64,000 nucleotides of DNA from Zootoca vivipara (GCF_963506605.1 NC_083277.1:6944001-7008000); one strand, 5' to 3'. Positions 42,450 through 56,655 are shown, counted from the first letter of the stretch. Numbers and translations are program-made. The notes: a model not told the origin generated them from the letters alone.

Positions 42450-42650
42450 GTAGGATGTGTCCTTTTATTTAAAATGCATCTCTGGGTTATTTGTGGGGCA
42501 TAGGAATTCATTTTTTTCCAAAATATAGTCCGGCCCCCCACAAGATCTGAGGGACAGTGGACCGGCCCCCTGCTGAAAAAGTTTGCTGACCCCTGGACTA
42601 GACCCTTTACAATTCTATGATTCTGTGATATCTCAGTATAAGGAATAGCT

Positions 42651-43411
42651 TGTTTAGTCGTTTAGTCGTGTCCGACTCTTCGTGACCCCATGGACCATAG
42701 CACGCCAGGCACTCCTGTCTTCCACTGCCTCCCACAGTTTGGTCAAACTCATGTTCGTAGCTTCGAGAACACTGTCCAACCATCTCGTCCTCTGTCGTCC
42801 CCTTCTCCTAGTGCCCTCAATCTTTCCCAACATCAGGGTCTTTTCCAAGGATTCTTCTCTTCTCATGAGGTGGCCAAAGTATTGGAGCCTCAGCTTCACG
42901 ATCTGTCCTTCCAGGGAGCACTCAGGGCTGATTTCCTTAAGAATGGATAGGTTTGATCTTCTTGCAGTCCACGGGACTCTCAAGAGTCTCCAGTCCTGAT
43001 TTCTTGCTTTTGTTTCAAAGAGACACCAGAAGCCAGCCCGGCCGGAAAAAAACAGACTCAAGGTGCTGAAAATTTGGCAACGGTGTAAAAAGGAATCTGC
43101 AATGCCTTTTAAATTGTGTCGAAACAAAATAAAAATTTCCTTCCAGTAGCACCTTTGAGACCAACTAAGTTTGTCATATGGTTTAAATTGTGTGTTGGTG
43201 CAGTTGTTGTTGTTTAGTCATTTAGTCGTGTCCGACTCTTCGTGACCCCATGGACCAGAGCACGCCAGGCACTCCTGTCTTCCACTACCTCCCGCAGTTT
43301 GGTCAAACTCATGTTCGTAGCTTCAAGAACACTGTCCAACCATCTCGTCCTCTGTTGTCCCCTTCTCCTTGTGCCCTCCATCTTTCCCAACAATCAGAGT
43401 CTTTTCCAGGG
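42651..43411 (-). mobile_element. Two BovB 3' fragments (42651-42993, 43203-~43411)
   Basis: BovB RT C-terminus in ORF 42654..43127; (CAA)n tails. Confidence 0.85.
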
Positions 43412-43603
43412 AGTTGGTGCAGTAGTAGTTGGTTGTGTTGTTGTTTTTTTACTACAATATATATTTTGGTGTTTTTCTGTTGTAAACCACCTTCTGATCC
43501 TTGGCTGAAGGGTGGTTTGGAAATTCAATAAATAAATAAAACCACAACCTTTTTTTTTAAGCACTTGTAAACTGATTTGTATCAAGCGTGAAAGGAATCT
43601 TAC

Positions 43604-43700
43604 GCAGAAAGGCCACGATCTCACTGTTCTCTTCCATGAGGCCCTTGGTCTCGGATCCAGCAGTCGAGCCCTCCTCAGATACACAACCACCTCCTTGACC
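43604..43700 (-). pseudogene. Degenerate KRAB-A exon
   Basis: Acceptor TTCTTTCAG and donor GTAAG flank EVVVYL..LLDP..LMEENSEIVAFL remnants. 97 bp versus the canonical 127 bp. Confidence 0.65.
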
Positions 43701-45969
43701 CTGAAAGAAGGGGGCAGACAAGTTAATGTAGCTGTTCTTCTTACAAACCTCTCTTCAAAGCACTTAAAAAAACAACAACACCCTGTTAAGGTGAGATAGA
43801 CAAGAGATGACTGCGGAATTCTTTTTAATGGGTTCAGTCCATAACTTTGCCATGCAATGGACTCACCAAAATCATAAGGAGTATCAGAAACAATTTGTAG
43901 AATCTTAGAAATGGTAGAGGCAGGAGGGACCCACAGTCATTTAGTCCAACCCCCTGCAACTGCAGCGTGGAAAGGGGGGCTTGCTCCTCTCAACCCCACA
44001 GATGCCTCCTCACCTGCAGCTCTGAGGATGCCCTTCATGCAAATGCAGGACAAGAGGGAGGGAGAGAGAGATGGACTCCCCCAGGTGGGAAGGACAAAGG
44101 CCAGGATCCTTCCCCTTGAAAGCAGAGATGTTCAAATTTCAGCTCCTGAGTCAGGCTGCTCTGGGGTGAGGCAGGAACCAGCTCCAGGCTTGCAAGGACT
44201 CTGCTGCCCCCAGCTGCTGCTGGACTCTTGACACCCACCACCCCTAACCACTGGACATGCTGGCTGTTTGGTGGGAGGTGGCTTCCAACATGATCTGCAG
44301 GGAGAAAGCAGTATCTGAGGCTCTACCCATTGCACGGGGTCCTTTTTGGGAGGGTAGGGGTCTGCTAGGTGCAGACCCCGTTGGGTGGGATTTGGAGAAG
44401 GGTGTCTTGCACTCACTTCTGTCTTGTCTACAAGGTCCTCTTCCACCCCACTTTAAGCCCGAGGTTGGCTCTCACTGGGCGGCGATGGACCTCACAGCAC
44501 GGAAGAGAAGTTGGGGGCAGTAAAAGGGTTTACACTCAGGGCTCTCACTCCGGATTAATCTCATGTGGGGCCAGCCGTAACACTGCGTCTTTGCGCATCT
44601 CCGGGAGAGGCAGAATTTGCAAGAGCCGCGGTTCTTCCCCAAGTTCAGAAAGCAGCAAGGTGAAGGTGGGCTTAGCCCGTTGGATTTCTGCCTGGGAAAG
44701 TGAGCTTCAATTCCCCACACTCAGCCATGAAGCTCCCAGGGTGACTTTGGGCCAGCCACTGTGTCTCTCAACTTGAGCCTACGTCCCAGGGCTGTTGTGA
44801 GGATAAAATGCCTTGAGCTCCTTGGGATACAAATGAAATGAAAAAAACAAACAAACAAAACTCCCAGCAGTTGTAGTGCAAAACATCTGGGATGGAAGAC
44901 GGCTCCATTGCATATTACCTTTTTTTAAAAAAACCCAACTTGGGGTGCAGAAGGGGGCTGCAACGCTCGAAAGCGTGGATCAGATTTGCCGCATTTGCAA
45001 AAATCTACGATTCCCAGGCAGGGCTGCTATTATCATTTCTGCTGCCTGTCTTGGACTAAGGAAGGGTTAAAACGAAGCTGAGGAAAGCGATTCCTAGAGA
45101 GGAAGGAAATTTGGAAAGGAGAGGGGGGAGCGTGTCCTCTAAAGCAAAAGACCCCACCCCCTTCACCCCTCCAGCTTTGCAAAAGAAACCTTGGAGAGAA
45201 GCCGGAGGTTTGGTGCGCGCAAGGAACGCAAAGAGTAAATTCCTTGAAGGTGGTGCGCCTCCACTTGGGGAAAGTGGCCTTTGTCCTTTCCAACCGGGTG
45301 TGTGTGGATCTGGTGAGCCCCTCCTCTTGCATTTGGGTGAAGGAGACCCACAGAGAATGAGGGGAGGAGGGAAATGCAAGGGAGAAAATCGAGAGGCGGA
45401 TTGGGGAGAAGCTCCCCCAAGTCAGCTGGAGCGTAGCTGGCCAGTGACGGGAGAGAGAAACGGGCAAAAGGGGGGGGGGTTGAACAGAGCAAGTGCCATA
45501 GAATAATAGCGTTGTAGAGTTGGAAGGGACCCTGAGGGTCATCTAGCCCAACCCCCTGCAATGCAGGGATATCAACTAGATTGGCCTGGCTTCTTGCATT
45601 GAGCTCCAAGCATCAAGGGTCCGGAAACCAAGTCTTAGGAGGGCTGTCCCATGGAAGAGGGAGCATGCTTGTTTTCTCCTGCTCTGGAGGATAGGACTCG
45701 AACCCATGGCTTCAAGTTACAAGAAAGGGGATTCCAACTCAACATTCTGAAAAACTTTCTGTCAGTAAGAGCTGTTGGACAGCTGTGCAATTTCATGATT
45801 CTATGACACCAACGGGGCACACATGCCCTCCCCCTTTTAACCCCCAAAGGATTGCCCGGAACCGAGATGGCAAGTTGTAAACATTAACTACCTGGAGGAC
45901 ATTTCCCCTTCTCTTCCAGAATCCTGTGCTTTTGAAGCGGAGGCTGTACATTTCACCGAGAATACCCTG

Positions 45970-48900
45970 ATGGATTCGGATCAAAGGGAAGCCCTGGAGG
46001 AGAAGCCTGGAATTGTGGCCTTTCTGGGTAAGAGCCCCCTTTCCCCTTGGTTGATGGCTAAAAACAATAATCATAGCCTATTTCCCCCCCCCCTTTTATT
46101 GTATGTATCCTTGCTACATTTCGTCATCCTGCATCTTCGCCTTCCAGCCTGGCTGGGCTTCCGGGGTCCCATTGGCTCCCAACCTACATTGGCTCCCAGT
46201 ACGTTTCCAAGCACAATTCAAAGTGTTGGTGCTGACCTTTAAAGCCCTAAACGGCCTCGGTCCTGTATACCCGAAGGAGCGTCTCCACCCCCATCGTTCA
46301 GCCCAGACACTGAGGTCCAGCTCCGAGGGCCTTCTGGCGGTTCCCTCACTGCGAGAAGCAAAGCTACAGGGAACCAGGCAGAGGGCCTTTTCGGTAGTGG
46401 CGCCCGCCCTGTGGAACGCCTTTCCATCGGAGGTCAGGGAGATGAACAGCTACCAGACTTTTAGAAGACATCTGAAGGCAGCCCTGTTTAGGGAAGCTTT
46501 TAATGTTTAATAGATTCTTGTATTTTAATCTGTTGGAAGCCGCCCAGAGTGGCTGGGGAGGCCCAGCCAGATGAGCGGGGTATAAATAATAAATTATTAT
46601 TATTATTATTATTTATTAAGCTGGCAGACCTTTGTCAAAGCCACAACAGATGGTGGCAGACTTGGATGTTGGATGTCCACCTCTTTCCTTGATTTTAGAA
46701 GAAGCTGGAGGATGCCCCACGGTTGCAGTCTCATATGGGCACATAAGAGCGTCAGACATGCCCTGTTTTTCATCAGGGCAAAGGAAGGAGATTAAATTAT
46801 TTTTTATTATTAGTCACACTCCTTTGCTCCTTGCCCCCAAATCGTTCCCTTGCCCCTATAAGACCTAATCTCCAGCCTCAATCTTTTCCTGTATGTGGGA
46901 GGTGATTACTGTAAATAATAATAACAAATTCCAAACTTTCTACCTTCCCTCGCCTTACTCACAAATCCTTCCCCTGCCCCAATCTTTCCCCCTCATCCTC
47001 TTAGTTTCACATCTCAGCTTCCCCCTCCCTGATGCTCCAAAACCCCAACCCTAAAGAATGGTGTTCAATAAAGTATAAGAGATTCTATTCCATTCCATTC
47101 TATATATGTTTTTATTAAAATTTTCTATTTTACAATTTTGGATTTTGAATTTAAACATCCTTAGGATATCAGTGACTTATCTTCTTTTCTTTCCATGGTT
47201 CCTTTTTGCTAATCATAAATCCCTGCATATTTTACAGAAACTATACTATTCAGTATTCCATTATTACATCCATCAAAACCTATTTACACAGTTGAATTTA
47301 TCTTAATGCTGCCAACGTTTTCAGATGTACACAATTTCCCCTCATATATTCAATAAACATTTCCCAATCTTCTCTAAACCTATGTTCTTCTTGTTCTTTT
47401 ATTCTATATGTTAAGTCTGCAAGCTGCGCACATTCCATCAGTTGCCCTTCTTCTTTAGTTGGGACCTCGCTCATTTTCCATTTTTGGGCAGGTAAGTGGG
47501 GCAGGGGAACTGAGGAGAGGACCATCTGGGTTCCTCTGCCCCCTGCCTGGGTCCCACCCACGGCAGATACCTGTTTATCCAGCTGGGAAACCTCTTCTGA
47601 GCAAAAATGGGTGCTGAGACTTGTTCGGAGAGGCCCCTGTTCCCTTCACAGAACTACAGTTCCCAGAGTTTCCCTGGGGATAAAGGGTTGATTCTTAAAC
47701 CACTCTAGGGATTGTGACTGTGGTGGTACCGGGGTCTCTCCGAACAATTCTCAGCACAAACTGCAGCTCCCATAATTCTTTGGGAAGAATTAAACAGGTG
47801 TTGTGAATGGATGTCATTCCTAATGCAGTGAGATGTGGGAGGTAATGTTGAAAATACCTCTTTGGGTTCCTTTTGGTTTGAAGTTGCTACTCCTATCAAT
47901 TTTGGAAAAATCCTTGATATTCGCAGGCGTTCATATATTTCTAAAGTACTATATTCCCGTAGTATGGATATTCAAAGCTTAGCAACAAAAGGAGCTGTGG
48001 GATTCAAGGAATCAGAATTGGTTTTTTAAAAATATAATATTTATCAAGTTTTCTGTTTTACAATTTAAAATACTCATTTTATATCCTTAAGATATCAATG
48101 AATTCCCTTCTTCTCTTTCCATGGTTCATCTTGCACATCATAAATTCCAGCATATTTTACAAAAACTAAACCATTCAGTATTCCGTTATTGCGTCCATCA
48201 AAATTTATTTGCACTGTTGAATTTGTCTTAATGCTGCCCACATTTTCAGCTGTACGCAGTTATTTCCTATATGTTCAATAAACATTTTCCAATCTCCTTT
48301 AAACGTGTGTTCTTCTTGTTCTCTTATTCTATATGTAAAGTCTGCAAGTTGTGTATATTCAGTCAACTTTAGTTTCCAATCTTCTTTGGTTGGGATCTCG
48401 CTCATTTTCCATTTTTGGGCAAACAAAATACAGGCCACAGTATTGGCATACATAAATAACCTTTTTTGACACCTGGGAATTTCTGTCTTAATTACCCCAA
48501 CAATAAGGACTCTGGTTTTTTGGGTGAAAGTGCTTTTAAACATTTTTTTTCAATTTATTGTGGATTATTTCCTAATACTTTTTTTACCTTTTTACCGGTT
48601 CACCACATATGAAAGAACGTTTCCTCAATCGCCTTGTATCTCCTTTATATTCTAAAAGGGTGAGGGGAGAGGTTTGCTTGAAAACAAACTTCCCTCAATC
48701 TTGAGTCCTTCTCTTGTCGGACTACAACCCCCATCATCCTTAGCCAGCATGCCCAGCGATCAAGGATGATGGGAGCTGTAGTCTCAACAACACCTGCAGT
48801 TTGGCGAAGGCTGGCATGAATTTTAGCAACTTAACAGCGCAATCCTGTACATGCCCATCTGCTCCCAAACCAGGTTTTAGGTCCTTGTATTAGTTTGCAA

Positions 48901-51597
48901 AGCCTCAAACCACTTAGGTCCAGGGTACATCGGGGGCTACCTGAATCCTTATATCACGGCTCTAAAACCTACTTCAGTGATCTCGAGGTTGCCAGGAGCA
49001 GTATTTTTCAGCCACCAAATGCCTGGGAAAACAGGAATCTTTTCTTTTCGGTTTTGATAATAATGTTTATTAGTTTTCAATTATAACCCAATAATAGCCT
49101 CATTATAACAATACCAGTATATAATACAATTACTAAAACCAATTGTTCAAATACCGAATTATGTAATTTAGATAAGGTCCCCCCCCCCGTGTGTTAGAAT
49201 TGATGGTTTGATGATTTTATTTTTTTCTGCGTTCCAAAAATCTTATGAATTTCAATTACATTCAGGTCATAATAATAATCCCTTATACAACAACTGCAAT
49301 ATTAATAGCTTCTATTCGTGTTGACACCTTAAATGATTTAGAAAAGTACAAGTGAAGCACTCAAACTATATCCTTGTTCTTCCTGTGTATGACAATTATT
49401 CTGTCTGTGGTGTTTTTCCTGTCCTTGTAAAATGTTATGTCTATCTTTTCCTGGTTGTTGCTGTTATCCCTCAAGCCTTGGACAGAGCTGATATCCCATT
49501 GTTGTTCCATAAATATCTCCCTCACTCTGCCCCATGCTTTGTTGTTTTGCAAAACAGAAATGTTTTCAGATTCCTCCTGAAAGATAATCATGATAGAGGC
49601 AGGCTCACCTCACAAGGGAGGGCATTTCAACTATTGGGGAGCCACCACTGAAAAGGCCCTGTCATTTGTCAAAATTACAAAGAGGTACTCACTGTTCTGA
49701 CCCTTGCCATGAAAAGGGTTGTCCGCCCCTGTGCTCCTTCTTTGATATCAGACTCTTATTTTCCACTTGGGCTGTTCCTAATTAATTGTGTCTCCTTTTC
49801 CCAGGACATGACAGGAGAGAGAAGGAGAATGAAGATGAACCACACAGGGTGTTGTTAGACAGAATCAGATGTGAAGAGGAGGAAGAAGAGAGAACAAAAC
49901 CTGAAGCAAAACACACACTAAGCGAATCCTCTGCTTTTCAGAGCGCTGAGATTTCTGAAATCCCAGTCCAAGAAAACACAAGCGAAGGAGAGGAAAGGAG
50001 CCAGTGCCTTGTGTGTGGGGAAAGCTTTACCTGCAAATTGAGCCACATTGCTCATTGGAAAATCCACACAGGGGAGAAACCATTTAAATGTTCGGACTGT
50101 AACAAAAGCTTCAGTGATAAGTCAACCCTTAGAAAACACCAGAGAATCCACACGGGTGAGAAACCATATAAATGCATGGAGTGCGGACAGAGCTTCAGTC
50201 AGAGCACAAGCCTCACTTCCCACCACAGAATCCACACAGGGGAGAAGCCCTATAAATGCTTGGAGTGTGGAAAGTGTTTCAGCACTTGTAAATATCTCAC
50301 TATTCATCAGAGAATCCACACAGGAGAGAAACCATTTAAATGCCTGGAGTGTGGAAAGAGCTTTAACAGGAGAGATGCTCTTACTTCACATCAAAAAATC
50401 CACACAGGGGAGAAACCATACAAATGCTTGGAGTGTGGAAAGTGCTTCAGCAACAGCAAGTATCTCACTTCACATCAGAGAATCCACACAGGAGAAAAAC
50501 CGTTTAAATGTTTGGAGTGTGGGAAGTGTTTTAATAAGAGGGATGGCCTTGTTGCACACCAAAATATTCACAGAGGGGAAAAACCATATAAATGTTTGGA
50601 GTGTGGGAAGAGCTTCAGTAGCAGCAAGTACCTGACTTCTCATCAAAGAGTCCACACGGGAGAAAAACCTTTTAAATGTGTGGAGTGTGGGAAAAGTTTC
50701 AGGCAGAAGATAAATCTCACTACGCATCAACGAACTCACACAGGGGAGAAACCGTATCCGTGCTTGAAGTGTGGAAAAAGTTTTAGCCAGCAGACTAACC
50801 TTACTGCACATCAGAAAATCCACACAGGGGAGAAACCCTATAAATGTTTGGAGTGCGGAAAGAGGTTCAATCATAGCACAAGCCTCACTTACCATCAACA
50901 ACTTCACACGGGAGAGAAACCCTATAAATGCGTGGAGTGCGGGAAAAGCTTCAGTACGAGCACCAGCCTTACTTCACATCAAATTATCCACACGGGGGAG
51001 AAACCCTATAAATGTCTGGAGTGTGGAAAGCGGTTTAGCGATCGCAGAAATCTCCGTTCACATCAGAGAATCCACACAGGGGAGAAGCCGTATGTGTGCT
51101 TGGAGTGTGGAAAGAGGTTTAGTCATAGAACCAACTACAGTTCACATCAGAAAATCCACACAGGGAAAAAATCTTTTAAATGCTTGGAGTGTGGAAAGTG
51201 CTTCTTTTTCAGCACCAGTCTGATTTCGCACCAAACTCTCCACACAGGGGAGAAACCGTATAATTGTTTGGAATGTGGGAAGAGCTTCAGTAGCAACAAA
51301 TACCTCACGGCTCACCAACGAATACACACGAGGGGGAAGCCATTTAAGTGCTCAGAGTGTGGAAAGAGCTTCCGTCAGAGTTCAGACTTCACTTCTCATC
51401 AAAGAACCCACACGGGGGAGAAACCGTACAAATGTCTGGAGTGTGGAAAGAGGTTCAGTACTAGCAAATATTTGACTTCCCACCAACGGATTCACAGCGG
51501 GGAGAAACCATATACATGCTCGGAGTGTGGTAAGAACTTCAATCACAAGACAAATCTCACCAAACATCAGAGAATCCACAGAGCAGATAAACCATAG
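45970..51597 (+). CDS. ZNF gene: truncated KRAB-A exon (45920-46027, ATG 45970) spliced to a 19-finger exon (49805-51597)
   Basis: MDSDQREALEEKPGIVAFL-G|GTAAG phase 1 joins TTTTCCCAG|GA in frame with ORF 49786..51597. Probable non-coding exon 1 donor at ~45312. Confidence 0.75.
46180..46600 (+). mobile_element. L2 LINE 3' end
   Basis: LHWLPVRFQAQFKVLVLTFKALNGLGP..RAFSVVAPALWN motif; (TAT)n tail. Confidence 0.85.
47100..48640 (-). mobile_element. Two L1 3' fragments (~47100-47430, ~48030-48640)
   Basis: AQKWK..PTKE.W..EY..LADLTYRI motif of the lizard L1 ORF2 end. Plus-strand relative at ~56710-57180. Confidence 0.7.
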
Positions 51598-51674
51598 AAC
51601 TGTTAAGGAATGCAGAATTTCTTTAATCTAATCCTGAGGTCTGTTTTGGAATTGCTGTTGGTGAATGTACTGGT

Positions 51675-51802
51675 TACAGGTAGGTAGCCGTGTTGGTCTG
51701 GATCGAAGTAAAATAAAAAAATTCCTTCAGTAGCACCTTAAAGACCAACTAAGTTTTTATTTTGGTATGAGCTTTCGTGTGCATGCACACTTCTTCAGAT
51801 AT
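51675..51802 (-). mobile_element. Penelope terminal fragment with hammerhead motif (CUGAAGA core) in ZNF 3' region
   Basis: Reverse of ATATCTGAAGAAGTGTGCATGCACACGAAAGCTCATACC, ~80-200 bp after the stop codon. Confidence 0.75.
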
Positions 51803-52544
51803 GTACTGAATCTTAATCCAAGATGGAGGCCCTATTGCTAGGGGTGCTGGCGACTTTGAGACTGAGTTACGGAAAAGGCAAACAAAAATTCCTGAATTGT
51901 TGGGTTAGGCAACGCAACACATCCTCAATTCTCATCCACAAATTCACTCAGGAGAAAAATGAGATAACTGATCTTAGTACAGAAAGCACTACGCCAGGGA
52001 AACACCATATAAAAGCCTGGTGTACAGAAGTTTTTCTTGGAAGACCATTGTCACTAGAAATCAAAGAATCCACACAGCAGAGAAACGACAGAAAAGCCAG
52101 GGGTGCAGAATGACTCGGAGCAGAACTGGTTTCTCTCTGGTTTTCTTGAACTACATGCTCCTTGGTTGGGGCTGGTGGAAGTTGCAATCTGGAGGGCACC
52201 AGGTTGGAGCACAGCTGAACTATAGTCACAGCACAATCCCCGAGTTAGTTTTGGAGTGGCCAGTATTGACTGTATCGAATTCTAATCGACATGAGAGAGC
52301 TGCTATTGGCTGAGATTCTTTGTGGGGCTCCCCCTCTTTCAAATGGAGTCCACACCAAACATTTAAATCACCACGATGCCACTTTTTAAAAAATTCATGG
52401 CAGAGAGTTGTTAGGAGAACCTCTGTTCCCATCAGAGAGCTACAATTCCCAGAATTCTCTCTGAAGACTGACTGTTAAACCAGTCTGGGAATTGTCGTTC
52501 TGTGAGGGGGCAGCTCTAAATGCCTCTAATAATTGATGTGTATG

Positions 52545-53226
52545 TTGCTGCTGTTGTTTAGTAATTTAGTCGTGTCCAACTCTTCGTGACCCCATGGACC
52601 AGAGCACGCCACACACTCCTGTCTTCCACTGCCTCCCACAGTTTGGTCAGATTCATGCTGGTGGCTTCGAGAGCACTGTCCAACCATCTCATCCTCTGTT
52701 GTCCCCTTCTCCTCAATCTTATAGCTATGAAAATCTAACTCTGATCGGGAGAACAATCTGTAACACAGCCACTAAAAGGGGGGGGGGATTCTAATGGAAG
52801 CAAATTCTAATGCTGAACACGATCATTGGCTTTCCCAACATCAGGGTCTTTTCCAGGGAGTCTTCTCTTGTCATGAGGTGGCCAAAATATTGGAGAATCT
52901 TTCCTTCCAGTGAGCACTCAGGGCTGATTTCCTTCAGAATGGATAGAATCATAGAATCATAGAATAGGATAGGTTTGATCTTCTTGCCGTCCATGGGACT
53001 CTCAAGAGTCTCCTCCAGCACCATAATTCAAAAGCATCCATTCTTCGGCGATCAGCCTTCTTTATGGTCCAGCTCTCGCTTCCATACATCACTACTGGGA
53101 AAACCATAGCTTTAACTTTACAGACCTTTGTCGGCAAGGTGATGTCTCTGCTTTTTAAGATGCTGTCTAGGTTCGTCATTGCTTTTCTCCTAAGAAGCAG
53201 GCGTCTTTTAATTCCGTGACTGCTGT
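52545..53226 (-). mobile_element. BovB fragment
   Basis: LPTKVCKVKAMVFPVVMYGSESWTIKKADRRR motif. Confidence 0.9.
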
Positions 53227-53673
53227 TACGAATTGATGTCAAAACAAACAATTAAAAAAAATCCTTCCAGTAGCACCTTAGAGACCAACTAAGTTTGTCG
53301 GTGCTACTGGAAGGAATTTTTTTTAATAATGTTTTTGTTTCGACTACGTCAGACCAACATGGCTATGTAACGAATTGATGTGTATACTTAACTGAAATGT
53401 GTTACTGAACTTACTGAAAATGTATTGTCGTTGTTACCATTTAGCAAATTAATGCATCTATCTGGAAGTTGTTAAAGTTGTTAGGAGACCCCAAATTCTC
53501 CTTACAGAGCTGCCAGTCCTGGAGGTCCCTGTAAAGAACTGATTGCTAAATCACTCTGGGAACTGTGGCTCCATGAGGGGATTCGGGAGTCCCAGTGCAG
53601 ATAATAACAAATAAAGCACAGTTGGAATCATAGAATCGCAAGGGTCATCTTGTTCAAGAATTCTGCTCCAAGC

Positions 53674-53748
53674 TGTCCCTAGGTGGGCTCGAACCACCAG
53701 CCTTTCGGTTAACAGCCAGAAACACTGACTTATTGGCCCACATGAGAC
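53674..53748 (-). pseudogene. tRNA-Asn(GTT) pseudogene or SINE head
   Basis: Minus strand CTGTTAACCGAAAGGCTGGTGGTTCGAGCCCACCTAGGGAC matches vertebrate tRNA-Asn. The D arm and acceptor stem are degraded. Confidence 0.8.
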
Positions 53749-54273
53749 TTTTAAAGCAACTTCCGAATCACAGAATAAGATGGGTCCTAAAAAATCTGAG
53801 GTATCGAAAGCCAGGGCAAAGAGGATTGTCTTTCGAGGGAGGGGGGGAATGGACCACTTGGAAATTGATGAGGGTCTTGACAGATCTTACCAAACAATCT
53901 CCCCTCCTCACAACACTTTTTTGGTGCAAATCCATCGTTTTAGGGAAGCTATTTTAAGATCCCACATCTACTGTGGCACAAATTCCCCCTGCCATTTAAA
54001 TGGATTAATGCCTTTCTACCTTTAATCATACATGTCCCAGAAATTCACATCCCTATTGCCCATTGGCAATTTGCACCTGGCCTGAGTAGGCCGGCAGCTC
54101 AACCTGTGGAGCATCTCCCCGTTGCTACAAGACTAATTGATTGATTGATAAAATATATTTGTATATCACCATTTCATTTTTTAAAATATTGAGGTGATTT
54201 ACATCAACACAATAAATAACAATACAAAAAAATCGATACAGATCACCAGCTGACTCTTACAGAAAAATAAATA

Positions 54274-54289
<16 letters not shown>

Positions 54290-54315
<26 letters not shown>

Positions 54316-55110
54316 ATTTGTACCCCGCCATCTGGCTGAGTCTCCCCAGCCTCTCTGGGGAGCTCCCAATCGAGTGTTAAAACAATACAGCATTAAATAT
54401 TAAAAACTTCCCTAAACAGGGCTGCCTTCAGATGTCTTTTAAAAATAGGATAGCTGCTTACTTCCTTGACATCTGATGGAAGGGCGTTCCACAGGGCGGG
54501 TGCCATTACCGAGAAGGCCCTCTGCCTGGTTCCCTGTAACCTCACTTCTTGCAATGAGGGAACTGCCAGAAGGCCCTTGGCGCTGGATCTCAGTGTCCGG
54601 GCTGAACGGTAGGGGTGGAGACGCTCCTTCGGGTATACAGGACCAAGGCCGTTTTGGGCTTTAAAGGTCAGTACCAACACTTTGAATTGTGCTCAGAAAC
54701 GTACTGGGAGCCAGTGTAGATCTCTCAGGACTGGTGTTACATGGTCTCGGCGGCCGCTCCCAGTCACCAGTCTAGCTGCCGCATTCTGGGTTAGTTGTAG
54801 TTTCCGGGTCATCTTCAAAGGTAGCCCCACGTAGAGTGCATTGCAGTAGTCCAAGCGGGAGATAACCAGAGCATGCACCACTCTGGCAAGACAGTCCGCG
54901 GGCAGGTAAGGTCTCAGCCTGCGTACCAGATGGGAGCTGATAAACAGCTGTCCTGGACACAGAATTGACCTGCACCTCCATGGACAGTTGGATGGCCAAA
55001 ATGACTCCCAGGCTGCGCACCTGGTCCTTCAGGAACACAGTTACCCCATTCAGGACCAGGGAGTCCCCCACCCCCAAAGACAGTACTTCTGTCTTGTCAG
55101 GATTCAACCT
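54290..55110 (-). mobile_element. L2 LINE 3' fragment
   Basis: VHALVISRLDYCNALYVGLP..LHWLPVRF and LNPDKTEVL motifs. Confidence 0.9.
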
Positions 55111-56432
55111 CTTATCAGTTGTTAAACTGAGGTGCACTTTCCCTAACGCTGCCTCCTGCCACCGGTGCCCTTCTATCGTTCACAAACTTCCGGTTTTGCG
55201 GAGTTTGTAAACCAAATACTGGTAGTTCGTTAACAGGGCTGTTTGTAAACCGAGGTGCCACTGTACAGTAGAAACACAGAGTTGGAAGGGACTCAGGGGT
55301 CATCTAGTCCAACCCCCTGTAATGCAGGAATCTCAACACGCTGTCGCCCATCCAATTTGAAACCATATCAGATCCTGCTTAGCTTTGCAAATGTGCTGGC
55401 AGTATTTCTTAACTTTGCAATTGCCTCTATTTACAAGTGCATGTAAATATTGAGGAAATCTGGGGGCATGTCAACTCCTTTCTTAGGTCATGACCAGGGA
55501 TCTTGTATTTTTTTCCCTGTAGAAGATATAATCCAAGGGTGGGTAGCCTTTGCCTCATCCAAATGATGCTGAAATACAATTTTCATCATCCCTGACCATT
55601 GGCAAGGGTTGATGGGCATTAAGATGCCAATGTTTATTAGTTCATTTATTAAATTTCTATACTGCCCTTCATCCTCGGATCAAAAACAAGAAGCCCTCTT
55701 ATAATGGCCATGGGTTGGCTAGTGAAGCAAAGGCCTGGGAGAAGAGGAATGTTTTCCGCCTATGTCATGAAGGCGCCAGGTAAGCCTCCCTGAGGAGAGC
55801 ATGCCACAAATGGGGAGCCACCACAGAAAATGCCCTGTTCTCACGTTGCCACCCTCCAGATGTCTCGTGGAAGAGGCACATGAAGCAGGGCCTCAGATGA
55901 TGATCGCAGGGGGGAGAGGCGGTCCTTGAAACCTGCTTGTTCCTCAGCCCTGGCATAACCTAAACAGATTCCCAGGTGGGGTGGTGTTACCATACCAGTG
56001 GTGGCCAAAACTGGGTGGGGTACAGTGGAGGCAGAGCATAGCTACCATGCCTACTAGCCACTGCTAGCATTATCTATCTCCATGAAAGTTTAATTGCATT
56101 TGAAATACTCTGAATGCCAGTTAAACTATGTAACTCACTGCCACAGGAGGCAGTGATCACCGCCAGTATGGGTGATTTTAAAGTACAAGAATATGCAAGG
56201 ATTAATTTTTTAAAAAATTATATTTTGGTCTTTATATTTTGACATTTACGTTTTGCACCCACCCACCTCAGAAAACATAAGTAAAGCACTTAATCACTTT
56301 CCGCCGTATTGCAACGCTGCAGTGATGTGCTTATGGCTTTCGTTGTTTAAACTTACCTACTTTTGTTTTTTCTTGGCCCACAAGCAACTGGATTTGTATT
56401 CGGCACAGCAATTTCGGAACCGTTTTCATAAC

Positions 56433-56655
56433 ACAGTGGTACCTCTGGTTGCAAACAGGATCCATTCCAGAGGCCCATTCGCAACATGAAAAGGCCTCAT
56501 CCTGAAGCGTCACATCTGTGCGTGACGCAATTTGGTGCTTCTGGGCATGCGCGCGCGTCACACCCGGAAGTAACCCGTTCCGGGACTTCCGGGTTCAGCG
56601 CGCCCGTAACCTGAAAAGACGCAACCCGCAGCGGACGTAACATGAGGTATGACTG
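56433..56655. mobile_element. Tc1/mariner (Tigger-like) MITE
   Basis: TIRs CAGTGGTACCTC / GAGGTATGACTG, with TA on the right side. Confidence 0.65.
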
